Shown here one piece after another: positions 39,318-48,777 of a stretch of DNA of 64,000 bases. Position 1 is the stretch's first letter. Every line of letters starts with the position of its first letter. Origin of the DNA: Candidatus Levyibacteriota bacterium (lineage in GTDB: Bacteria; Patescibacteriota; Microgenomatia; Levybacterales; UBA12049); the NCBI GenBank assembly GCA_963790825.1, contig CAWBPM010000002.1:4721-68720 (forward strand), read 5' to 3'. The notes beneath the pieces were generated by a model. It was not told the DNA's origin. It saw only the letters and a program-made list of their open reading frames with translations, and did not search any database. Position numbers and translations under genes: made by a program.

Positions 39318-40004
39318 TTAAAAATTAGTTCCTATAATAACCTCTCTCCAAAGTAGTTTCAGAAATAATAATCCTGTCGGTATGGCACGAGCTGTGCTTT
39401 GTCCTCCGATTCTATTACTTTCAATTGTTGGAAATTCTGTAATCTTTGCGTTTAATTTTAAAGCCCGGATTGTCATTTGAAACTCTATTGCAAAACCCGT
39501 CGCATCCAAACTAAGCGCATTAAATAACTCTTTATCAATTCCCCGGTATCCGTTAATGCTATCTGTTACCCGACCATGCCAGATGGTATTTACAAGAAGA
39601 GTAAATAATTGATTCGCTATCTTCCTAAATTTAAATATACTGTCGTCCTCCTCGTTTCTCGAACCTTTCATAAACCGTGATGCGATAACTAACTTACCGT
39701 TTTTTTTAATATGCTTTACAATTTTTTTTATATCTGCCGGATCTTCATTGCCGTCAGGACTGAAAAAGATTAAATATTTTCCTCGGGCTTTTTTTGCAGC
39801 CAATTTAAACGCTTCGCCTCTTCCCGGTTTCTTCTGTTTAATAACGGGAACATGATGTTTACGAAAAAACTCGACTGTGCCATCTGTGGAATTGTAATCT
39901 ACTGCAAAAAATTCATCAACTGCTTGAAAAGGAATTTTTTTAATAAGCGACTTCATGCCATTTATTTCATTTCGTGTTAAAATAATAAGTGTTGTTTCTG
40001 TCAT
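39318..40004 (-). CDS. GT2 family glycosyltransferase (small)
   Basis: ILTRNE, DYNSTDGT and DGNED blocks. Confidence 0.65.
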   Translation of the reverse strand: MTETTLIILTRNEINGMKSLIKKIPFQAVDEFFAVDYNSTDGTVEFFRKHHVPVIKQKKPGRGEAFKLAAKKARGKYLIFFSPDGNEDPADIKKIVKHIKKNGKLVIASRFMKGSRNEEDDSIFKFRKIANQLFTLLVNTIWHGRVTDSINGYRGIDKELFNALSLDATGFAIEFQMTIRALKLNAKITEFPTIESNRIGGQSTARAIPTGLLFLKLLWREVIIGTNF

Positions 40005-40155
40005 AATTTTTAAAATTTACGCAGGTTGATTGTATCACATAGTGCTTTTTTGTTGACTATTAAGATCAAATATTAGTATCAAATTAAAATTAGACGAGTT
40101 ATTGACAACAGGTAATAGAGACGATACGCTTATTAAAGGTAAATACTGTGGTAAA

Positions 40156-41517
40156 ATGCAAAAAATTAAATTTCTGGGAGCGTCAGGAGATGTAACCGGC
40201 TCTTCTTATCTTTTAACTGCCAGCGATAACACTGAAGTGCTTATCGATTTTGGCATGTTTCAAGGTCCGAAGAAAATCGATAATCTTAATTATCAACCCT
40301 TACAGTTTTCCCCGTCTCGTATTAAAGGCGTACTTTTGACTCATGCTCACCTGGATCATTGTGGAAGGTTGCCGCTTCTCGTATTTAACGGTTATTTCGC
40401 TAAGATATACATGACTGCGCCAACGCGTGCACTTGTCGAAGTTGTGCTTCGTGATGCTGCGAAAGTAGCTGAGAATGAATTTAAGCGTACACCGCTTTAT
40501 GGCATCGATGAGGTGGAGAAAGTTCTTCAAATGATAGAAGTAATAAATTATGACCAGGAATTTAGAATCGGAAGCTTTGCAGTTACCTATAAAGACGCGG
40601 GTCATATTTTAGGATCAGCAAGTATTGAAATTATAGATACAAGCTCCAAAAATAAAGATAAAATTGTATTCAGTGGAGACCTGGGTAACAGTCCGGAAGA
40701 TATTGTCAAACCTACAGAATATATTGATGCTTCTGATTTCGTCGTGATGGAAACGACCTATGGCGATAAGATACACCCGAAAGAAAATGCGACGCGAATT
40801 ATTCAAGAGGAAATAAATATAGTAGAAAAAACAGGGGGAGTGCTTCTTGTTCCCGCTTTTTCAATTGAACGTACGCAAGAACTTTTACACCACATCAATC
40901 ATTTAAAAAAAGATGGACTGGTACGTAGTGATACGCCGGTATTTTTAGACAGTCCTATGGGAATTTTAATAACGGAGATTTTTAAAGACTTTAAAAGCTT
41001 TTATAATGACGAGCTGTTGACACATACAGATAATCCATTTGGGTTTGAGGGGTTGGTTATTACAGAAGAAGCCCGGGATAGCAAAGAAATTATTCAGGCA
41101 ATGAATCCTAAGGTTATCATTGCCGGATCGGGAATGATGAATGGCGGGAGAATAATTCACCACGTAGTGAATTATATATCGAGGGACACGACCCGGGTAC
41201 TTTTTGTGGGTTTCCAGGCGGAAGAAACATTGGGCAGAAGAATTTTGGAAGGAGCGAGGAATATTTGGATCGATAAAACGCAGGTAAAAGTACGTGCGAA
41301 GATACGCGAAATTGCTTCAATGAGTTCGCATGCCGACCAACTAAATCTTCTCAAATGGCTTATCCATATTCGCGGTGTCAAGAAAGTATTTCTGACACAT
41401 GGTGAGGAGAAGCCGAGGAAGATATTTGCAGAAAAAATAAAGCAGGCTAATATGATGCCTGCTGTTTTTCTGCCTGAAATCGGACAGGAACTTCCACTCC
41501 AAATTCAATATCGCTGA
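40156..41517 (+). CDS. beta-CASP family metallo-beta-lactamase ribonuclease
   Basis: HAHLDHCG (HxHxDH) motif, beta-CASP motifs and a C-terminal His (SSHAD). Start taken at MQKIKFLGASGDV. Confidence 0.7.
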   Translation: MQKIKFLGASGDVTGSSYLLTASDNTEVLIDFGMFQGPKKIDNLNYQPLQFSPSRIKGVLLTHAHLDHCGRLPLLVFNGYFAKIYMTAPTRALVEVVLRDAAKVAENEFKRTPLYGIDEVEKVLQMIEVINYDQEFRIGSFAVTYKDAGHILGSASIEIIDTSSKNKDKIVFSGDLGNSPEDIVKPTEYIDASDFVVMETTYGDKIHPKENATRIIQEEINIVEKTGGVLLVPAFSIERTQELLHHINHLKKDGLVRSDTPVFLDSPMGILITEIFKDFKSFYNDELLTHTDNPFGFEGLVITEEARDSKEIIQAMNPKVIIAGSGMMNGGRIIHHVVNYISRDTTRVLFVGFQAEETLGRRILEGARNIWIDKTQVKVRAKIREIASMSSHADQLNLLKWLIHIRGVKKVFLTHGEEKPRKIFAEKIKQANMMPAVFLPEIGQELPLQIQYR

Positions 41518-42152
41518 TTTGAGGGTCTCCACATAAATATGTGCTCCTGAGCCTTATGGGGTGTCTCTTCCGAAATGATTTCAGCTTTGGGGGCGAGACG
41601 CCTGCAAAGTTCCAACACCCTTTCTGTGTCATATTCAAAAATATCCGGATCTTTCAACAGTTCCGGAGTTAAAAAGTTAAATACCAACCCAGTTCGAGTT
41701 AGACTCCACATTCTTTTAATCATCGCTTCAAGAAAAACATAATTATCCCCTTGCATATTCAGCGATAATGCTCCGGAGCAAAAAACGAAATCATAGTTAG
41801 TTTTTATATGATTTTGCAAAATATCTCCCTGAATAAAGTGTTCAGCTGGATAATTAGCTCGTGCTATATTAAGTGATGGACGATAGATATCGATTCCTGT
41901 ATACTTTTTTATACCATTCTGTCTTAAAACTGCCGACAAATCAGCCGTTCCACAACCTACATCTAAACAACTTTTTCCTGCCAATGTACTATCTGCATAG
42001 TCTGCAATTCTAAGCATGATAGTAAAATTTTCGTTCTGGTTTCCCGGAAGCCAGCCATTTTTCATGCCCATTTGAAAAAACTGGTCATAAATATTCGCAT
42101 TACGAATTAAATCTGTTTCCGATAACCATTTAAACTTTTTTGTAAAAAACAT
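41505..42152 (-). CDS. class I SAM-dependent methyltransferase
   Basis: LDVGCGTADLS motif I. Overlaps the RNase gene by 13 nt at its 3' end. Confidence 0.65.
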   Translation of the reverse strand: MFFTKKFKWLSETDLIRNANIYDQFFQMGMKNGWLPGNQNENFTIMLRIADYADSTLAGKSCLDVGCGTADLSAVLRQNGIKKYTGIDIYRPSLNIARANYPAEHFIQGDILQNHIKTNYDFVFCSGALSLNMQGDNYVFLEAMIKRMWSLTRTGLVFNFLTPELLKDPDIFEYDTERVLELCRRLAPKAEIISEETPHKAQEHIFMWRPSNQRY

Positions 42153-42354
42153 ATTCTTGATTATATATAATTTGTAAAGTTATTAATATAGTAAAAATTG
42201 TGAACGAGTAAATAAAGTATACAATAATTTAATAAAGTATTCAAGAAGGTTGCTATATTGTCTCTGGATTGAACAATTAAAACAATAAATATCGCTGATT
42301 TGGATTTCTTCAATTCGCTTGAAGTAGAAAAGAATTTCAGTTACAATTAATGCC

Positions 42355-45300
42355 ATGTTCAAACCGGTAGATCCGAAAGTTGATTTTTCTGCTCTCGAGC
42401 GCGATTTGCTTAAAAAGTGGTACGAGAAAGGAATTGTAGACCATTATCTCCACAAGAATGATTTAGCAAAAAAGAAGTTCTCCTTTTTAGACGGCCCAAT
42501 TACCGCCAATAATCCGATGGGAGTTCATCATGCATGGGGAAGAACGTATAAAGATCTTTGGCAGAGGTTTCACAACATGCGCGGCTATAGACAGCGCTTG
42601 CAAAACGGTTTTGACTGTCAGGGATTATGGGTTGAAGTAGAAGTTGAAAAAGAATTGGGATTAAGATTTAAGAAAGACATTGAGAACATTGTCCCGGGAG
42701 ACAGAAAAGCCAGTATTGCCAAATTTGTTAAGCTTTGTAAAGAACGTGTCCTCAAATACAGCCAAATTCAAACAGAGCAAAGTAAAAGGCTGGGAAATTT
42801 CATGGATTGGGACCGCTCATATTACACTATGTCAGATGAAAATAATTATATGATTTGGCATTTTCTCAAAACATGTTTTGAGAAAGGCTGGATTTATAAA
42901 GGCAAAGACAGCGTTCCGTGGTGTCCGCGTTGCGAGACCGCGATTTCTCAACATGAAATGTTGACCGAGGATTATAAAGAAGTAGTACATGAATCAATTT
43001 ATATTGAATTTCCGGTTGTAGGGAGTAAAAACGAGTATCTATTAGTCTGGACGACAACTCCCTGGACAATTCCGGGAAATATTGCAGTTGCAGTTGATAA
43101 AAAAATGGATTATTCGTTAGTCGAAGGGAAAACAGGTGATCTTTATTGGATTGCGCAGGAGAGAGTTGAGCCGGTATTTAAAAAGAATTATAAAAGAGTT
43201 GTTAAAACTGTAAAAGGAAAAGATCTGGTTGGTTTAAAGTATCAGGGTCCTTTTGACGAGATCGAGGGAGTTGCTGAAGTGGCTAAGGCAAATCCCGATA
43301 CGTTTCATACGGTAATTGAGACAGATGATTTAATCATGCCGATATCTACTGTCGAAGGAACAGGACTGGTGCACACTGCTGTTTCCGCCGGTTCTGAAGA
43401 TTTCAGATTGGGGAAGAAATTAGGATTACCGATTATTCCCCTGATTGAAGACAATGCTGATTATTTGCCCGGCTTAGATTTTCTGTCGGGTAAAAATGCA
43501 AAAAAGCATCCGGAAATGATTTTCGATTTTCTTAAAGAAAGGGAAGAAAAAGGAGAAAATTGGATATTTTTGATTGAAAGATATAAGCATCGATATCCTG
43601 CTTGCTGGCGATGCAGAACTGAACTGGTTTGGAAAGTTGCTGACGAATGGTACGTTGCAATGGATCGGACCGAGCGAGAGCGAGGGAGATCGCCTGCGAG
43701 CGTCAGCGAGACAGGGGTGGATCAGACCGAGCAATCGAAAGCAGAGGTAAAGGGGAAAGGGAAAACTCTGAGGGAGCAAATGATTGATACGGCAAAAATG
43801 ATTGAATGGCATCCGGAATTCGGTTTGGATCGCGAGCTGGATTGGCTTAGGAACATGCATGATTGGCTGATCAGTAAGAAGAATCGCTATTGGGGACTCG
43901 CATTGCCTATCTTTGAATGCAAAAAATGTGGCAATTTTGAAGTTATAGGCAGTAAAGAAGAACTGAAGGAAAGGGCAGTTGCGGGCTGGAAAGAATTTGA
44001 AGGCCATTCTCCACATAAGCCGTACATTGACGAAGTAAAAATGAAATGCCGGAAGTGCGGTGAAATTGTTTCGAGAATTGAAGACGTCGGAAATGTCTGG
44101 CTTGATGCCGGAATTGTTCCTTTCTCAACCTATATTGACCCGGTCACGAAAGAACTTAGCTATACCACTGACAAGAAATATTGGAAAGAATGGTTTCCGC
44201 CTGATTTTATTACAGAATCATTCCCGGGACAATTTAAAAACTGGTTTTATTCAATGATTGCCATGTCTACAGTTCTGGAAAAGCGCAATCCGTTCAAAAA
44301 AATCTTTGGCTACGGTTCTGTTTTAGCAGAAGACGGTAGGCCAATGCATAAATCGTGGGGTAATGCAATTGAATTTAATGAGGGTGCAGACAAAATCGGC
44401 GTTGACGTCATGCGATGGATGTATGTAAGTAATGATCCGGAGCAAAATCTTTTGTTCGGATATAAAAAGGCAGATGAAACAAGACGCAGATTTCATTTAA
44501 TGCTGTGGAATATTTATAATTTTTTCGTCACATATATAAATATTGATAATTGGGAAATAGAAAATAGGAAATGGAAAATGGGAGACAAGAAAAATATTTT
44601 GGACAAATGGATTCTAAGTCGATTACAAAATACTATTTTGATCGTTACTGGTTCACTAGAAGAACTAAAACCACAAAGATCAACGGAGGCAATCGAGAAT
44701 TTCGTCAACGATTTGTCACTTTGGTACATTAGAAGAAGTCGGGACAGAGTAGGATCGACAGCAACAGACGAACAAGATAAGCAAGCATTTTACGAAACGT
44801 GCTTTAGTGTTTTAATTACACTTTGTAAATTACTGGCCCCCTTCACACCGTTTTTAGCCGATGAAATATATCAAAACTTAACCGGCGAAGAATCTGTTCA
44901 TCTCTCAGACTGGCCGGAAGTACAAGAGAAATTAATAGATGACGCATTAGAAAGCCAGATGATTATGGTAAGAGATGTAGTAGCATCAGGATTATCCGTA
45001 AGAAAAAACCTTGGCATCAAAGTAAGACAGCCGCTTGGGCAGTTATGGTTTGCTGGTTTTCTTGCTAAGGAACAGAAAGTATGGAAGCCTTTTGAACAAC
45101 TAATCAGAGACGAATTGAATGTTAAAGAAATTTGTTATTCCTATGCCGAAGAAATTTGGAAAAATAAAAATAATATAGAACTATTGACAGCCCAGGATAA
45201 AAAAGTAGGTACCAATAGTGGACAATATTTGAATATTGAAATTACACCGGAACTAAAAGCAGAAGGGGAAGCGCGGGATATTATACGGAAAATTCAGGAA

Positions 45301-45447
45301 GAGCGGAAAAAATTAGGTACCAAAATGGATGAAAAAATTGATGTTGTTTTGCCTGATTATCCGGAGGAATTTACAATATATATTAAAAAACAAGCATTAA
45401 TCCGCAACCTGACGAAAGGGAATATCTTCGAATTAATCCGTTTATGA
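42355..45447 (+). CDS. ileS: class I aminoacyl-tRNA synthetase, most likely isoleucyl-tRNA synthetase (type 2-like)
   Basis: LDGPITANNPMGVHHAWG (HIGH-like), a WCPRCETAIS editing-domain block, DWLISKKNRYWG, MHKSWGN (KMSKS-like). Length is 1030 aa. Discrimination from ValRS is by the N-terminal hDGPP pattern only. Confidence 0.55.
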   Translation: MFKPVDPKVDFSALERDLLKKWYEKGIVDHYLHKNDLAKKKFSFLDGPITANNPMGVHHAWGRTYKDLWQRFHNMRGYRQRLQNGFDCQGLWVEVEVEKELGLRFKKDIENIVPGDRKASIAKFVKLCKERVLKYSQIQTEQSKRLGNFMDWDRSYYTMSDENNYMIWHFLKTCFEKGWIYKGKDSVPWCPRCETAISQHEMLTEDYKEVVHESIYIEFPVVGSKNEYLLVWTTTPWTIPGNIAVAVDKKMDYSLVEGKTGDLYWIAQERVEPVFKKNYKRVVKTVKGKDLVGLKYQGPFDEIEGVAEVAKANPDTFHTVIETDDLIMPISTVEGTGLVHTAVSAGSEDFRLGKKLGLPIIPLIEDNADYLPGLDFLSGKNAKKHPEMIFDFLKEREEKGENWIFLIERYKHRYPACWRCRTELVWKVADEWYVAMDRTERERGRSPASVSETGVDQTEQSKAEVKGKGKTLREQMIDTAKMIEWHPEFGLDRELDWLRNMHDWLISKKNRYWGLALPIFECKKCGNFEVIGSKEELKERAVAGWKEFEGHSPHKPYIDEVKMKCRKCGEIVSRIEDVGNVWLDAGIVPFSTYIDPVTKELSYTTDKKYWKEWFPPDFITESFPGQFKNWFYSMIAMSTVLEKRNPFKKIFGYGSVLAEDGRPMHKSWGNAIEFNEGADKIGVDVMRWMYVSNDPEQNLLFGYKKADETRRRFHLMLWNIYNFFVTYINIDNWEIENRKWKMGDKKNILDKWILSRLQNTILIVTGSLEELKPQRSTEAIENFVNDLSLWYIRRSRDRVGSTATDEQDKQAFYETCFSVLITLCKLLAPFTPFLADEIYQNLTGEESVHLSDWPEVQEKLIDDALESQMIMVRDVVASGLSVRKNLGIKVRQPLGQLWFAGFLAKEQKVWKPFEQLIRDELNVKEICYSYAEEIWKNKNNIELLTAQDKKVGTNSGQYLNIEITPELKAEGEARDIIRKIQEERKKLGTKMDEKIDVVLPDYPEEFTIYIKKQALIRNLTKGNIFELIRL

Positions 45448-46526
45448 TAAGACATCGACTGCTCACTATCGATTGGTGGCTTCTAACACCGGTTATTGTT
45501 CTGGTTAGCGTCAGTCTTACCGTACTTTTTTCACTCAGTAGTGAGTTTTTTACCTCGCAGCTGGTAGCACTTTTTCTGTCAGTTATTATTTTCCTTTTTA
45601 TTTCTCAGATGGATATTACGAGATTTAAGCCTTTTGCAAATATAATTTACTTTGCGTCTCTTATTTTTTTGACCATAGTGCTTATTATCGGTATAGAAAG
45701 TCACGGAGCGGTGCGTTGGGTATCGATTTTCGGAATTCAGCTTCAATTTTCTGAGATTTGTAAACCATTTCTTGCTCTATCCCTCGCTGCATTTCTGTCT
45801 GAGCGGAGCAATATGTCGGCGAAATCATTCTTAACAAGTATTTGTTTTCTCATTCCGGTAATTCTTCTTCTTTTTCTTCAGCCAGACCTAGGTAACACGG
45901 TTATTTATATTTGCGTCGCGCTGTCTACACTTCTCGTCTTTGGTTTTCCAACCCTTTGGTTTTTCTTGGGAATGATTCCGCTTATTGTAATTTCCCCATT
46001 TATTTGGAGCTTACTCCATGATTATCAGAGGCAGCGAATTATGACATTTATTCATCCCTCACACGATCCTTTGGGAAAATCTTATAACGTTATTCAAGCA
46101 ATTATCGCAGTTGGGTCGGGGATGTTTCTGGGAAAAGGACTGGGAGAAGGCAGCCAGTCGGGACTTAGATTTCTGCCTGAGCGACAAACCGATTTTATCT
46201 TCGCGACACTTTCTGAAAAATTAGGTTTTTTAGGGTCACTAATTATACTTTTTGCTTTCTTCTTTTTGTGTTATCGTATTCTTATTATCATACGCAGAAC
46301 TGATGATATTTTTTCAAAAATTCTGGCAACTTCGGCTTTTTGTTTTATTATTATCCATTTCTTTACCAATATAGGCATGAATCTGGGGCTAGTTCCCGTT
46401 GTCGGTATTACATTACCCTTTGTTTCCTTCGGAGGAAGCTCACTTTTATCAAATTTTATTTTAATCGGTTTTGTGTCCAATATCAGTACATCTATACAAA
46501 ACAACAAGGTGCTTGAAATTCATTGA
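45444..46526 (+). CDS. rodA: SEDS family peptidoglycan glycosyltransferase RodA
   Basis: FtsW/RodA fold with C-terminal LPFVSFGGSS. It is the second SEDS paralogue in the window. Confidence 0.7.
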   Translation: MIRHRLLTIDWWLLTPVIVLVSVSLTVLFSLSSEFFTSQLVALFLSVIIFLFISQMDITRFKPFANIIYFASLIFLTIVLIIGIESHGAVRWVSIFGIQLQFSEICKPFLALSLAAFLSERSNMSAKSFLTSICFLIPVILLLFLQPDLGNTVIYICVALSTLLVFGFPTLWFFLGMIPLIVISPFIWSLLHDYQRQRIMTFIHPSHDPLGKSYNVIQAIIAVGSGMFLGKGLGEGSQSGLRFLPERQTDFIFATLSEKLGFLGSLIILFAFFFLCYRILIIIRRTDDIFSKILATSAFCFIIIHFFTNIGMNLGLVPVVGITLPFVSFGGSSLLSNFILIGFVSNISTSIQNNKVLEIH

Positions 46527-46600
46527 CTCTTAGACCTAATCTTGATTATTCTGTGTCTTGTCCCAAGCTTTCCAGTTTGCTATAATAAACTCATTAATCT

Positions 46601-46999
46601 ATGAAATATGCAGTTATTCAAACCGGTGGTAAACAATATCGTGTCTCAGAAGGGGATATTTTAGAAGTTGAGAGATTACCTTACGATCCGGATAGACAGT
46701 TTGGTCTAGACGTTCTTTTGTATAATGCTGACGGTGATTTACAAATTGGTAAACCGTTTGTCGATGGTATTTTGGTCCAGGCAACAGTTTTGGCAGATAC
46801 GAAGGGACAAAAACTCAGGGTTTCTAAGTTTAAGTCAAAAGTACGGTTCAGAAGAGTAACCGGACACAGACAATATCTCTCGCAAATTAAAATTGACCAT
46901 ATCGGAGAAAAGGTGAATGAAGCAAAAAGAGGTGTTTCTGTGAGCGTAGAGGAGCAAGCAAAAGTAAAAACTACAGTGAAACAAGCTAAAAAGAATTAA
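46601..46999 (+). CDS. rplU: 50S ribosomal protein L21
   Basis: MKYAVIQTGGKQYRVSEGD N-terminus. Confidence 0.9.
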   Translation: MKYAVIQTGGKQYRVSEGDILEVERLPYDPDRQFGLDVLLYNADGDLQIGKPFVDGILVQATVLADTKGQKLRVSKFKSKVRFRRVTGHRQYLSQIKIDHIGEKVNEAKRGVSVSVEEQAKVKTTVKQAKKN

Positions 47000-47002
47000 G
47001 CT

Positions 47003-47046
47003 TGACATTTGTGAAAAGTGACGATAGAATAAGGGTAATTTTCACA
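47003..47046 (+). promoter_or_regulatory. sigma70-like promoter (TTGACA, 17 nt, TAGAAT) bracketed by an 8-bp inverted repeat TGTGAAAA/TTTTCACA
   Basis: Read directly from the sequence between rplU and rpmA. Confidence 0.35.
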
Positions 47047-47053
47047 ACAAACT

Positions 47054-47305
47054 ATGGCACACACAAAAGCACAAGGTTCGGTAAAAGGTAATCGCGATTC
47101 GATAGCAAAACGTTTAGGTATAAAGATTTATGGCGGAGCAAAAGTCCAGCCGGGGCATATCATCGTCAGACAAAAAGGAACGAAATTTTTTGCCGGAGAC
47201 GGGGTTTCAATGGGGAATGATTATACATTATTTGCGCTGCGTAACGGCACTGTAAATTTTAAAACATTGCGAGGTAAACAATATATCGAGGTAATCAATG
47301 GATAA
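47054..47305 (+). CDS. rpmA: 50S ribosomal protein L27
   Basis: MAHTKAQGSVKGNRDS...IIVRQKGTKF. There is no N-terminal propeptide. Confidence 0.9.
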   Translation: MAHTKAQGSVKGNRDSIAKRLGIKIYGGAKVQPGHIIVRQKGTKFFAGDGVSMGNDYTLFALRNGTVNFKTLRGKQYIEVING

Positions 47306-48122
47306 TCCTATCGATAAAATTTACGAGCTGGAAACGAACCAGTTACAGTCAAATCCTCTTCAACCGCGAGGTGTTATTACTCAGGACTCTCTTACCGATC
47401 TCGTAGAATCAATACGTGAACAAGGAATTCTGGAACCGATTGTGGTTGCCGAGACTCCCGCCGGATATCAAATTATTGCCGGTGAGAGAAGATGGCGGGC
47501 GGCGAAATTGGCAGGTCTTCAGAAAGTGCCGGTAGTGGTTCGAAAAACTACCCCGCAGGGAATGCTGGAAATGGCAATTGTTGAAAATGTTCAGCGCGAA
47601 GACCTAAATCCGATCGAAAGGGCACTTGCGTATAAGAGGTTGATTGATGAATTCGGACTCGGAACAAACGAGGTAGCGAGACGTGTCGGAAAAAGTGCTC
47701 CGACGGTCTCAAATACGATTCGTCTCTTATCTCTTCCGGATGCGATAAAAGATGCATTGGTTGCGAATGTTATCACAGAAGGCCATGTTCGACCTCTTAT
47801 TTCTCTTGGAGATCCGAAGATAATGCTTGAGATTTTTAAGAAAATTCTGAGAGATAATTGTACAGTCCGCCAGACAGAAGAAATGGCTCGTCAAGCAAAA
47901 AGCGGAATTCAAGATCATGAGCCTAAAAAAATAAATTCTATTGTCTACATACCGGAACAAGACTCGATGGCGAAAGAAATTCAGGAAAAATATATGTTTT
48001 CTAGAGTGAGAATTCATCAATCAGGAAGACTGGCAAGAGTTATTATCGAAATTAAAGGAGAGCCGGAAACAACGACAGAACGGTTAAAACTTCTCTACCG
48101 TATCCTAACGGAATCGGAATAA
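47298..48122 (+). CDS. parB: ParB/Spo0J family partition/nucleoid protein
   Basis: GERRWRAAKLAGL ParB box II and a helix-turn-helix region. Confidence 0.8.
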   Translation: MDNPIDKIYELETNQLQSNPLQPRGVITQDSLTDLVESIREQGILEPIVVAETPAGYQIIAGERRWRAAKLAGLQKVPVVVRKTTPQGMLEMAIVENVQREDLNPIERALAYKRLIDEFGLGTNEVARRVGKSAPTVSNTIRLLSLPDAIKDALVANVITEGHVRPLISLGDPKIMLEIFKKILRDNCTVRQTEEMARQAKSGIQDHEPKKINSIVYIPEQDSMAKEIQEKYMFSRVRIHQSGRLARVIIEIKGEPETTTERLKLLYRILTESE

Positions 48123-48123
48123 A

Positions 48124-48693
48124 TTAGTTCCCAAAAGGATTTTTCACTGTCCTCATATGATTTACCGGCCAATACACGAAAAATGATCTCCCGATAATAG
48201 CAGATCTCTGTAAAAGTCCCCATTCCCTAGAATCAGAACTGTACGGCCTGTTGTCCCCCATGACAAGATATTCGTTTTGAGGTATCTGAACAGGCACATC
48301 TTCTTTCATAAATGCGCCTCCATAGGTTCGAATATCACTTTTCAAATATACGCTTTCATCAAGTTTCTTTCCGTTAATATTAACAAACCCATTCATAAGA
48401 GTCACCGTCTCTCCCGGAAGACCGATGACCCGCTTAATGTAATCTTTTTCCCTATCAACCGGTGCGATAAACACTATTACATCCCCTCGTTTCGGATCAT
48501 CAAATCTGAGACTAATGAGATTAGTTAAAATATACTCACCATTTTTGAACGTCGGATACATAGAGTCTCCACTTACCTGAAAGGGCCGGAAGAAAAAAAT
48601 ATAAATAACGAGAAAAATTGATGCGGCGAGGAGAAGGGTTTGGATCGTGTCTACAAAAAAGCTATAAATGTATTTAACAACAGATAAAAACAT
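48124..48693 (-). CDS. lepB: signal peptidase I
   Basis: VSGDSMYPT (catalytic Ser), KRVIGLPGE (catalytic Lys region) and GDNR blocks. Confidence 0.85.
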   Translation of the reverse strand: MFLSVVKYIYSFFVDTIQTLLLAASIFLVIYIFFFRPFQVSGDSMYPTFKNGEYILTNLISLRFDDPKRGDVIVFIAPVDREKDYIKRVIGLPGETVTLMNGFVNINGKKLDESVYLKSDIRTYGGAFMKEDVPVQIPQNEYLVMGDNRPYSSDSREWGLLQRSAIIGRSFFVYWPVNHMRTVKNPFGN

Positions 48694-48777
48694 GCTTATC
48701 TATTATTTTAGATTTGGCTCCGTTTGTCAATCGGAAAAGTTTTTGTTAAGATAGAGAAGAACGTTATGTATTTTTCT

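Noticed and set aside
40141-40158. TGtgGTAAAAT extended -10-like element at the beta-CASP RNase start
   Set aside because: The TAAAAT hexamer overlaps the chosen ATG itself, so it cannot serve as the promoter for that start. Left unassigned.
42153-42354. Possible T-box riboswitch in the 200 nt leader of the aminoacyl-tRNA synthetase gene
   Set aside because: No T-box consensus (AATTAGGGTGGNACCGCG-like) or specifier-loop architecture was recognisable. Only a simple hairpin is present.
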